Shown here: one piece after another, positions 39,602-49,400 of the stretch
Numbering within the stretch: position 1 is the stretch's first letter
How the letters are laid out: each line of letters begins with the position of its first letter
NCBI GenBank assembly: GCA_022844165.1
Contig: JALHMH010000026.1
Coordinates: 1-64,000, forward strand
Source: Lysobacterales bacterium
GTDB lineage: Bacteria > Pseudomonadota > Gammaproteobacteria > Xanthomonadales > SZUA-5
Direction of reading: 5' to 3'
Length of the DNA: 64,000 nucleotides
Position numbers and translations under genes: made by a program
Notes under the pieces: generated by a model
What the model was told of the DNA's origin: nothing
The model's input: the letters and a program-made list of their open reading frames with translations, nothing else
Database searches by the model: none

Positions 39602-41584
39602 ATGCCTAAGCCAGTTCTGCTGCCGACCGGCCGGCCGCGGCGCCGTCGAAAATGGCCCAGGCGCCTCGCCATCGGCCTTTGTATTCTTCTGGCGCCAATC
39701 GTTGCGCTGGTGATTTACAACCGGATCGACGAGGCGCCGAGTGCCCTGGCGCTGCAATACGCGCAGCCGACCCAATCGGTAGCCGACGAAGACAACGCCT
39801 GGTTGGCGCTGGTGGCACTCGGCGCGGCAGTGGATCAGGCGCCGCTCGAGTGGGCGCATCAGTGGGTCGCCGCGCATAACAATGGCGATGTGCCGACGAT
39901 ACCGCTGCCGCATCAGGCGCCCGACGATGCGTTGCATAACGTCGCCGAGCATTGCCCACAGCGAATGGTTCCGTGTTTGGAATGGGCCGAATGGAACAAA
40001 CATGGCATCGAGAAACTGGCGAGTGCCAATGCACTAAGGTTGGAGCGCTACGAGCGCGTGCTGACGTTGGCCGGCTGGCGAGATTTGTTGGCGCCTCGCC
40101 TGGATTCGCCGACGCCCGATGGCTACCAAACGGCCCGGCTGTACCTTGACGTACAAGCATCGGCACTGCTACGCGCAATTCAAGTAGACGACGCGGTCGC
40201 GCTCAACAGCACCATCGGACGCATCCACGCACACGCGCGGTTTTGGTCCAGTGTCGCCGGGCAAGCCGACTCGATGATTTCGGCCATGGTGGCTGCTGCG
40301 CATATCAGCCAGGCACAGCGCCTCGGCGCCGAGTTGGCCGACCGGTTGCGGCCCGACCAGCTTGCCCTCATTGACGGAACGCTTAGCGCGCTGCTCGCGA
40401 TCGACCCCACCGCCATCGATTGGCAAGGCGCCATGGGTGGCGAACACCGGTTGTTCACCGGTACCGTCGACGCCAGTGTTGGCTTTTGGTCGGCGCTGTC
40501 GAAAGGCGAATTCAGCGAGGCACTGATGGGTTTGTTTTACGCCCCACAGGCAACGCGGAATCTGCACGCGCATCTGACCCATCTGATTTCGCAGCACCTG
40601 GCAGCGCCATTGCCGCAGCGCGAAGCGGCGCTGGAGCCGTTGTCTCGCTTCAGCGAATCGCTGATGCCGCCGCTTTCCGAGGCCGGGCAGATCCCAGGGT
40701 ACTTCTCCCACAACGCGGTCGGAAAAATACTGACGGCAATTGCTGTACCGGCTTGGAAGAACTACGGCGATCGCGTCTGGGACTACGAAGCCATCCGGCG
40801 TGCCTCGAAGCTGAAGGTGCGCGCGATCTTGAACAACGTCGATCCCGACGAAATGCCCGCGTTTATGGGCGCCCAGCAGCTTGTCGACCCTTGGACACAA
40901 CGACCGTTCGACTGGAATCCGCTGCGCCGCGAAATCTCTTTTGCACCACGCAGCAACCATGCCCAAAACTCCCATGCTGTAGTGCCCTACCGCGCTGTTT
41001 CGCCACCGGGTGTGTACGCGTGCCCACAACAATGGGGTGTCGCGCTGACCCTTGGCGAGGGCGAACCGGTGTTCTATCGCAGCTGCGGGGATGGCTTGGA
41101 AGCGGTGCGCATGGTAGCGGCCGACGGCCCGGATCTGAGCGCCGATGACGATGAAGACGAGACTGTCACTGTCGTTCGCTTGCGCGGCGAGCAGGATCGA
41201 ATCTGGGTCGAGATTTGGCGTCGCAACGAGGCAGGCGAGTGGCGTCTCTATGGCGCTGAGATTCAGGCCGGTGGTGAACCCACGCCGCTGCAACCTATCG
41301 GCCACGACGCCGCGCTCGACCTCGTCGTCAGTGGACTTGCGCCCCGCCAGGATCGATGGCTCAGCGTGCATCAGCCAAACTCGGCGCCAGTGGCAGAACT
41401 CGCCCTAGCGTTCGCGAGTGCACTGCAAATCTCAACGGCAGGAATCGAGCATCTGGCTGCAGAGCGCGTTTCTTTTCGAATGCAAGCTCCGGCGGGCGAG
41501 CTGTATCCGTTACTCGCTGAGGTTGGCGAGGTCGACTTCAGCGAGCCTTCCTCGTTGCGGGTGGTATTCAGCAAGCGGCGCTGA
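39602..41584 (+). CDS. Membrane-anchored hypothetical protein, 660 aa
   Basis: Basic N-terminus plus one TM helix, long helical region, beta-rich C-terminal third; no recognised catalytic motif. Confidence 0.7.
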   Translation: MPKPVLLPTGRPRRRRKWPRRLAIGLCILLAPIVALVIYNRIDEAPSALALQYAQPTQSVADEDNAWLALVALGAAVDQAPLEWAHQWVAAHNNGDVPTIPLPHQAPDDALHNVAEHCPQRMVPCLEWAEWNKHGIEKLASANALRLERYERVLTLAGWRDLLAPRLDSPTPDGYQTARLYLDVQASALLRAIQVDDAVALNSTIGRIHAHARFWSSVAGQADSMISAMVAAAHISQAQRLGAELADRLRPDQLALIDGTLSALLAIDPTAIDWQGAMGGEHRLFTGTVDASVGFWSALSKGEFSEALMGLFYAPQATRNLHAHLTHLISQHLAAPLPQREAALEPLSRFSESLMPPLSEAGQIPGYFSHNAVGKILTAIAVPAWKNYGDRVWDYEAIRRASKLKVRAILNNVDPDEMPAFMGAQQLVDPWTQRPFDWNPLRREISFAPRSNHAQNSHAVVPYRAVSPPGVYACPQQWGVALTLGEGEPVFYRSCGDGLEAVRMVAADGPDLSADDDEDETVTVVRLRGEQDRIWVEIWRRNEAGEWRLYGAEIQAGGEPTPLQPIGHDAALDLVVSGLAPRQDRWLSVHQPNSAPVAELALAFASALQISTAGIEHLAAERVSFRMQAPAGELYPLLAEVGEVDFSEPSSLRVVFSKRR

Positions 41585-41665
41585 AATACGATGAGAACCG
41601 GCTGGCATTCTTGCCGCGCAAGTCTGCGCTAGGATGCCCCCGGTTCTGGCGGCAGGAATTGGCCC

Positions 41666-42427
41666 ATGTGGCGCACGGTTGGACTCGCTGCGGTTCTCTC
41701 GTTGCCGCTGGCGGCATTTGCCCAAGAACGAGTACTCGTCTACAGCCAGACCACCGGCTTTCGTCATGCATCGATCGCCGATGGCATCACCATGCTGCGC
41801 CGAATCGCCGCCAGCAGCGGCATCGCGCTTGACTTCAGCGAGAGCGGCGCGGATTTCACAGCCGCCAACCTGGCGCAGTTCCGTGCCGTGGTGTGGCTCA
41901 GCACCACCGGCAATTTGCTGGATGCGAGTCAACGCCAGGCCTATCAGGCCTGGCTGGAGGCCGGCGGCGGTTATGTCGGCATCCACGCCGCTGCCGACTG
42001 TTCCTATGACTGGCCATGGTATGGCGATCAGGTGCTCGGCAACGGCGCCTGGTTTCGCGCGCATCCGGCGATTCAGAACGCCACGGTGATTCGCGAAGAT
42101 GCTGTCGATTTATCGACACGACATATGCCACCGAGCTTTGTGTTCAACGAGGAGTGGTACAACTTTCGCGCCAATCCCCGCCCGGTCGCACAAGTGCTGT
42201 TGCGGCTTGATGAGACCAGCTACTCCCCCGGCACCGGCGCGATGGGCGACGATCACCCGATCAGTTGGAAGCGCAGCGTCGGACAGGGCCGCAGCTGGTA
42301 CACCGGTCTCGGGCATCGCAGCCAAACCTACAGTGATCCACTGTTCATCTCGCACGTCCGCGGCGGTTTGCTGTGGGCGGCGAAGCTGGAAGACATCGTA
42401 TCGCGAAGTGACTTTGAGGCGTTTTGA
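41666..42427 (+). CDS. Secreted ThuA-domain (class I glutamine amidotransferase-like) protein
   Basis: VLVYSQTTGFRHASI, GGGYVGIHAA, EEWYNF, MGDDHPISW, YTGLGH. Confidence 0.9.
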   Translation: MWRTVGLAAVLSLPLAAFAQERVLVYSQTTGFRHASIADGITMLRRIAASSGIALDFSESGADFTAANLAQFRAVVWLSTTGNLLDASQRQAYQAWLEAGGGYVGIHAAADCSYDWPWYGDQVLGNGAWFRAHPAIQNATVIREDAVDLSTRHMPPSFVFNEEWYNFRANPRPVAQVLLRLDETSYSPGTGAMGDDHPISWKRSVGQGRSWYTGLGHRSQTYSDPLFISHVRGGLLWAAKLEDIVSRSDFEAF

Positions 42428-42511
42428 TACGCTCGTACATGCTGGGTTAGCAAGCGGTCGCGCGAGTCGGTCTACCATTCATAGCAGTCGCATCCACGTG
42501 AGTCTGCTTCC

Positions 42512-43555
42512 ATGCGTGCACCGGGCAAAATGGCTGGGCTCTTGATCGGGCTCCTGATCGGCTATGCGTGCGGCGCGCGCGCGACCGACAGCGAGCTCAC
42601 GCCTGACACCTATGCTGCCGCCGCCGAGTTGGTCCGACTCGATGGCAATCGGGCGATAAATCTGCGCTGCAGTGGCGAGGGCCAACCTGTGGTGATCCTG
42701 GAGGCCGGCGGTAATGCGGATTCGAGCACCTGGTATCGGGTACAGCCGCGGTTGGCTGGCCTCACCCGGGTCTGCGCCTATGACCGTGCTGGTTATGGCT
42801 TCAGCGATGAAGGCCCGATGCCCGGCAATCTCGATGCTAGAGTCGATGACCTGCGCGCGCTGATGGATGCGGCTGATATCCCGACACCGGTGCTGCTTGT
42901 CGGGCATTCCCTGGGCAGCAACATCGTGCGCAACTATGCGCGACGGTATCCCAGGGAGGTTGCCGGACTGGTGCTTGTTGACCCACCAGGGCAGGGCTCA
43001 GACGAAGACATGCCAAAGGACTGGCGCGAACAGATCGCAGCGCAAACGGCGCATCGCGAAGAGATTCTCGACCAATGCCAGCGCGCCGCCGAATCGGGCG
43101 ATCACGACACCCTTCGAGAACGCTGCCTGCGCCCACCGCCCACGTGGATGAGTGAAGCTGTCGGGTCGGCGATGACTCAGAACAAGTCCAAACCCACCTA
43201 CTGGCGAACACTGCGCGCCGAGATCGCAGGCAACACCGTTGTCTTCGACATGCCGGTACCGGTCGATGAATCCTATGGATCGATCCCGCTGGCCTTACTG
43301 CGCGCGCCGGAGGAGGGCGAAGACGCGCCCAAAGAAGTGCTTGCGGTGATGAGGGCCGCACGCAGTCAGACCCATGAGCGAATTCTTGCCGCGTCCACGC
43401 GCGGCATCGCCATCGATGTCCCGGACACATCTCATGACATCCAACTCGAGCAGCCACAGGCGATTGTTGCGGCGATCGAGCAGATGCTTGGCCGCATCAG
43501 CGAAAGCGATCCAGACAACGGGAACCGCAAGGACCTCTCCCCGGCGCCGCAATAA
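42512..43555 (+). CDS. Secreted alpha/beta-fold hydrolase
   Basis: CAYDRAGYGFSD, nucleophile elbow GHSLG, C-terminal SHDIQ. Confidence 0.9.
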   Translation: MRAPGKMAGLLIGLLIGYACGARATDSELTPDTYAAAAELVRLDGNRAINLRCSGEGQPVVILEAGGNADSSTWYRVQPRLAGLTRVCAYDRAGYGFSDEGPMPGNLDARVDDLRALMDAADIPTPVLLVGHSLGSNIVRNYARRYPREVAGLVLVDPPGQGSDEDMPKDWREQIAAQTAHREEILDQCQRAAESGDHDTLRERCLRPPPTWMSEAVGSAMTQNKSKPTYWRTLRAEIAGNTVVFDMPVPVDESYGSIPLALLRAPEEGEDAPKEVLAVMRAARSQTHERILAASTRGIAIDVPDTSHDIQLEQPQAIVAAIEQMLGRISESDPDNGNRKDLSPAPQ

Positions 43556-43579
43556 TCGACGCTTGAGGTCTCGGCGAAC

Positions 43580-45484
43580 TCAGTCCGACAGCTGCGCGCG
43601 TTCGATCTCCTGAAGCGAACCGCCATGCAGCCGCAGTTCGACCAGCTGGTCGGCGCTGAGCGCAAAGATGCGCTCGCCGACGAAAAACACACGGGCGTTG
43701 CCATACCAGTCGTAACAGCTCAACTCGCAGTCTCGCGCCGGTTGTGCTCGCGATGCCATATCGACCACACCCAGTTGGCGTAAGCGCTGCTCACTCATGT
43801 CGACCAACAACACATCTGATACCGCTTCGGTCTGATCCAGATCTTTCCCAACACGCTGGTTGGATACCACGGGCAGTCCGAACACGGCGCGTCCCAGGTG
43901 GGGACGGCCGGCGTTGAACGCATGGCTGCGCGACTCGGCCTGCCGGTAACCAACGACGTCGATCTGATCGTACAGACGCGGCTTGGGATGGTCTGGCAAC
44001 AGCGCAAAACGCATGCCGCCGCTTGACGCCCCGACCAACACCATGTGGTTCAGGGCAGGCTCCAATCGCTGCGGCCAGAAATCCAGGGCTACCTCGGACA
44101 TGTCATCGCTGTGCAGGTCCAGCGCGATCAAGGCCGCGCTGCGCTCCTCGTCGTCGTCGGTCCCGCGCACCAGATAGGCCGCGCGGTTCGTCATACGAAC
44201 GTTCGATTCCGCAATACCTGGAAGCGAGCGATGTGGCGTAACGAAGTTGCCCGCAGCGGAAAAAGCGCCAGGCTCGATTCGATACACGAGCAGCGAACGC
44301 TCCTTTCCCTGGCCGGCGTTTGCCAGCGCATGCAGCCGTTCATCCAGCTGTTTCAGCGAAAACTGGTTGCGAATCTCGCCGCGAATTCGGACCATCGTTG
44401 GCCCGTTGGATTCACCGAGCGGGAAGCGCACCAGCCAGGTCTGGCGACTGGCCGCCAATTGTCGATCGCTACGGCGTGGGCTCCATCCCCAGGCGCTGAA
44501 TTCTGGATCCAGATACAGTTCATCGTCCCAGGCGGGCAGCGCCAGATACGCGGCTGACGGACCAACATAGAGTTCCGAGGGGCCATCGCTCAGGACGCCG
44601 CGCGCATCGCATTCGAAATGCCCGGCGTCCAAGGCCGACAGCGCACAGCTCAACAGCAGATGCAGCGTCGGGCGGTCGGATACGAGCCCAGGCATCAACA
44701 ATTGCGGCACCTCCACCAACGGGCGACCCGCCGATCTATGTTCGGCGGCCCGGCGCCACGTCGGCCAGACCACGCGCTGCCCGAATTCGAGTGTCAGCGA
44801 CTGTTTGAAGACCAGCCGATCGCCATGCAGCCGCATGCCGTAGTTCTCGCCGCTGAAATAATCGTCGCTCGTCAGCGTGTAGTGCCAGTCGCGGTGCAAG
44901 CGACCGGCGGCATCCAGGCGAAAACCGATCAGTTGGCTGCCGCCGCCATATCCGAGCAGTACGATGCGCCCGTCCAGTGCCAGGATTTCGTCGTACCACA
45001 CGCCGAAACCCGAGTCATCCGTGGCGGCCAGTTGTTGATCGACGACCCGCAAACCGCTGTGCCCGGCGCCGCTCAGCGCAATGCTGTACAACGTTCCTTT
45101 GCGCAGCACGATCAGAAAGTCGCCCGACTTCTTGACGATGCCGCCTTCGTCGATTCCGGCTTCCTGATTGTTCGTGACCACATCCGCCGCGGCAATCCGG
45201 CTACCGGTCACGACGATGTTGTCCAGATCCCGTTGCTCCGCCAAACACCGCGAGCGATCGGGGTGAGCAACGCATTTCGCTTCGTCGTTCGCAAACTTGC
45301 GCGCCATCGCCAAACGTTGCAGGGCCGTCAACCGCTGCTGCAGGGCAGCGCTGGATTGAATGACCGGCTCCCCGCCGCGAGCTTCCCGCCACGCGCGTTC
45401 GATGGCCTGATCCTGCGGCGTGCGATGAACGCACGCACTCAGCAGCAGGATCAACAGCATCGGTACAATCCTGGCGGTGTGCAT
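43580..45484 (-). CDS. Beta-propeller domain lipoprotein (Beta_propel family)
   Basis: Lipobox LLSAC; TNNQEAGIDEGGIVK signature; DWYGNARVFF C-terminus. Confidence 0.82.
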   Translation of the reverse strand: MHTARIVPMLLILLLSACVHRTPQDQAIERAWREARGGEPVIQSSAALQQRLTALQRLAMARKFANDEAKCVAHPDRSRCLAEQRDLDNIVVTGSRIAAADVVTNNQEAGIDEGGIVKKSGDFLIVLRKGTLYSIALSGAGHSGLRVVDQQLAATDDSGFGVWYDEILALDGRIVLLGYGGGSQLIGFRLDAAGRLHRDWHYTLTSDDYFSGENYGMRLHGDRLVFKQSLTLEFGQRVVWPTWRRAAEHRSAGRPLVEVPQLLMPGLVSDRPTLHLLLSCALSALDAGHFECDARGVLSDGPSELYVGPSAAYLALPAWDDELYLDPEFSAWGWSPRRSDRQLAASRQTWLVRFPLGESNGPTMVRIRGEIRNQFSLKQLDERLHALANAGQGKERSLLVYRIEPGAFSAAGNFVTPHRSLPGIAESNVRMTNRAAYLVRGTDDDEERSAALIALDLHSDDMSEVALDFWPQRLEPALNHMVLVGASSGGMRFALLPDHPKPRLYDQIDVVGYRQAESRSHAFNAGRPHLGRAVFGLPVVSNQRVGKDLDQTEAVSDVLLVDMSEQRLRQLGVVDMASRAQPARDCELSCYDWYGNARVFFVGERIFALSADQLVELRLHGGSLQEIERAQLSD

Positions 45485-45558
45485 CTTGGTACCCTCGGTG
45501 GCCACGGTTTGGTCGATGATCAAAACTCAGGTTGATCCATCATTCGATTCGCCTGACG

Positions 45559-46167
45559 TCATCGGTCGGCATCAAATTCTTCCAGCGTTGTTGTCAGATC
45601 GGACCTGAGCTGCAATGTGGTCGAAATTTCCCAGTCCAGCTCGCGCGCAATGGACTGTGGCGACGAGTCCGGGGGAAGTTTGGCCAATCGCCCGAGTGCA
45701 TTGACAACACGCGCCTGGCGGTCCTGCACCAATTCCTGAAGCTCGTAGGCGCGCGCCGCGCGTATTCGCCAGTCCAGCTCGATGCTGGCGGCCGCACTTG
45801 AACCCTGCATCACGTCATACGCTGCACTTGATAACAACGCCAGGTTGAAGCCCAGTTCCAACTCGCTACCTTCGCTCGCAGCGTTGACGAGGGAACGGAT
45901 TTGCGCCAACGCTTTCGACAACGACGCCTGCGAACGCGCAAGCTCTTCGCGGTTGGCCTGCATCTCGGCCAGCACGGCCGCGCGCAAGGTCTCCGATTCC
46001 AGACGTTGATTGCGCTCCGCGCGCCACGCATCCACGGCAAAGGCGAGCAATACCGCGCCGACAATCGACACCACCTCGACCAGCAACTCTGGCCAACGCT
46101 CAGCCAAACGACCAACAAAGGTGCGGAATGGTCGACGGGCGGGTGCCGAGGGAAATCCTTCGGACAT
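45559..46167 (-). CDS. Hypothetical single-TM protein
   Basis: LLVEVVSIVGAVLLAFAVDAW followed by a coiled coil (AVLAEMQANRE). Confidence 0.7.
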   Translation of the reverse strand: MSEGFPSAPARRPFRTFVGRLAERWPELLVEVVSIVGAVLLAFAVDAWRAERNQRLESETLRAAVLAEMQANREELARSQASLSKALAQIRSLVNAASEGSELELGFNLALLSSAAYDVMQGSSAAASIELDWRIRAARAYELQELVQDRQARVVNALGRLAKLPPDSSPQSIARELDWEISTTLQLRSDLTTTLEEFDADR

Positions 46168-46452
46168 CGATCAGATTCCAGTGCAGAGGGCAAACACGCG
46201 ATACTCAGCGCGATAAAGGCGCGACTTTCGGCGCTCCGCACTAGCATGCCTCAACCGGTCGACTTCGGCGAAAAGGCCAGGCCATTTTCGCGGAGCGTTC
46301 AGACGCGATCCGCTCTTCGACAACGTCGGCGCGACCCAACCGATGCGCCTGAGCGCTCCGTCTATGTAAAGTTTTGAACATTCCGCCGAAGTCGTGAGAT
46401 AGTCGTCGACCTTCGTCCGCGTCTGGACGTGGGCCGCTCGACAGGGGGAGCG

Positions 46453-49400
46453 ATGAGGTATTCAAGGCAGTGGGCGAGCGGCTTCTTGGCGTCCTTTTTC
46501 CTGGCCTTGGCTGGTCCGGCGGCCGGGCTTGACGTATCCGGGGCAATTTCCAGCAATGCCACATGGCGCTTAACCGATTCGCCGATTCGCGTTGTCGGCG
46601 ATGTCGAAGTGATCGGAAATGCGCGATTGACGATCGAAGCGGGCGTGCGCGTCGAATTTTTGCCAAACACACGCTTGGACATTCGCCGGGGCGCGTTGAT
46701 TGCCGTTGGTACCGTGGTGGCTCGAATCGAAATGACGAGCGCTTCGACGAACCCGGTGCCGGGCGATTGGGGGCCGTTGAAGTTTCATGAACTCACATTC
46801 GATGATGTTGCGCAGCTCGCTTTTGTCGATGTTCGTTATGGTAACGGAATTGCGATTGAGCGCTCCTCGCCACGGATCAGTCACACGCACCTGAGCCATC
46901 ACGCGGGCCCGGCGATCTCGATCGACCTTGAGTCCTCCCCCGTCGGGATCGGGTTGACCGCAACGGACAATGGGCTGAATGGCATTCTTGTTCCAGCCGG
47001 CACGATCGTCGGCTCGGTGCGTTGGGGCCTCGTTGGGATCCCCTATGTGGTTCAACAGGGAGCGGTGATCGTTGGATTGCCGCCGCTGACGTTAACGCCG
47101 CCAACGGCTGACGTTCGCGTCGGCGCGACGCGGACCTATACCGTTGGATTGGCTAAAGCGGCGCCAGCAGGTGGCTGGACCTTCGATGTGGTCTCATCTG
47201 CACCGAGCACCGCCAGCGTGCCAGCGATGGTGACCATTCCGGCTGGAGCCACAAGCACGACGTTCGACGCGACAGGTGTAGACGCAGGCCAGGCGACGAT
47301 CGCCGTCAGTCGCCTCGAACTGGGCGCGGCGGCATCATCATTAACGGTGCTTCCACCGATCGCATTGAGGATCGATCCGCCAGACCGCGCGGTCGGTGTC
47401 GGCGAGGAGGCGTTTGTGACAGTGCGCAGCGATGCGCCGATCTCAGGCGCACCGGTGGAAGTGGCGATCGAATCATCAGTACCGGGCATCGTGGATGTGC
47501 CGGCCTCGGTGATCCTGTTCACCAACCAGTCGTCGGCATCGATACCGGTCACCGGTATTGCACTTGGTACCACGACATTGACTGTCTCAGCGCCGGGGTT
47601 CGTTGCCGGTACGAGCACGATTTCCGTGCAGTCGCGGTTCCTTCGTTTCGGCCCGCTTGGAATTGTCCGGCCGGGTCAAACAGCGCAGATCGAAGTGCAG
47701 TCCAGCGAGGCAGCGCCTGCGGGCGGCTTGCCGGTGACACTGACCAGTGCTTCGCCGTCGGTAGCGACCATCGCGCCGCTGGTGACCATCGCCGAAGGGA
47801 CGAGCAGCACCTTTGCAACGGTGCAGGGTATTGCGCGCGGTCAAAGTACTGTGACGGCGAGTTCTCCGGGCTTCCAACCTGGCAGCGCGTCAATTGTGGT
47901 TGATGATCTGGCGCTTGGCTTCGAACCCACCGGGCCAGTCACGATTCCCCGTGGCCTGGGTCGTGACGTCCTGGTCCGCATCAATCGCCCTGCGCCCGCC
48001 GGCGGGCTCACGGTCACGGTCTCGGCGTCCTCCAGCAACGCCACGGTAGCGCCTTCTATCGTCACGATTCCAGAAGGTACGTTGGCGGCATCCAACGTCG
48101 TTCGACTCACGGGCGCAATCGACGGCCCATCGCTGATCCGCGCAACTGCGGCCGGCGCGCTCGATGGGAATTTGAGTGTTACCGTGAGCACTCAACCGCA
48201 GTTGGTAGTCAACGGACCGAATCCGATCCGCGTTGCGCGCGGATTCGCGTTCGAGATTGGTGTGACGCGCTCTGGCAATAGTGGGCCGCTCGCCTACGCT
48301 GAGCCGGTTGTGGTGACTCTTTCGGCCACCGGAGCCTCGCGTGTGTCCTTCCCGGCGGTGGTAACGATTCCTGCGGGCCAGTCGGAGGCTCGTTTCCGAC
48401 TCGTGGGGGTTGTCGTCGGCGCCGCAACACTCACCGCGTCGGCGACCGGCTATACGCCGTCTTCTGCAAGGGCCATCGAAGTTGGCGAACCACGCCTTTT
48501 CCTTTCGTCTCTGGATACGCAACGGATCGTCGGCGCTGCCCGCGATGATTTTAGCGTGCGCCTCGACGTCGCAAATGGCTTCGGGCAACTTGCTCCCGTC
48601 GATATCGACATCGGTGTTGCGACGTCCGCTGCGAACCCGCCGAATGTGATCGAGGGCATTTTTCCCGCAATCAGTGGCGGAAATCTCATCAACACGGTGC
48701 GCGTGCGCACCGGCACTCAGATTTCGACGGCCGCATTTGTCGGCTCACCGACCGCCGCAGGAACCTATCAGATTGCTGCCAATCTGCCATCGGCGCCATC
48801 GGTGTTCTCCGACACACAGACGGTTGTGGCGTCTGCGCCAAGACTGGAGTTCGACTCCGAACAAACGAGCATTTCGGTGGGTCGCGGTCTGCGGCGCAAA
48901 GTGCCTTTGTACCTTCGACACGCCGGAGTCCCAGTGGCCCTGGCCAACGATCTGCCGATCTCCTTGCAGTCGAGCACAGCGGATGTGACGGTACCCAGTG
49001 TCGTCATTCTGCCCGCGGGCGAATCGAGCATCGAAATTCCGATCGACGGTGTTGCCCTGGGCGCTGCCGAGGTGAGTGCGAGTGCGCCGGATGTCGATCC
49101 AACGGAGCAGGCGCTCAATGTCGAAGTCGTCGAGGCCAGTCTCAGGTTTGATCAGTTCTTTGCCACCAGTCAGATCATCGGCACACCCAGAGTGCCCGTC
49201 AGTCTGATTTTTGACGATGGGGTCTCGAACCAGGATCGGTCGGTGATGATCGAGTTGATCGAGCGCGATCCCGAAAACGTCGTTCCGGGTCTGTTTGCGG
49301 AAGCAACGGGGGCGACTGCGCTCGGACCCTGGCAGTTGTCCGAAGATAGTCCGCAACCGACGAACAGTGCAGGCGGACCTTACTTCTACGTCGGCTCCGC

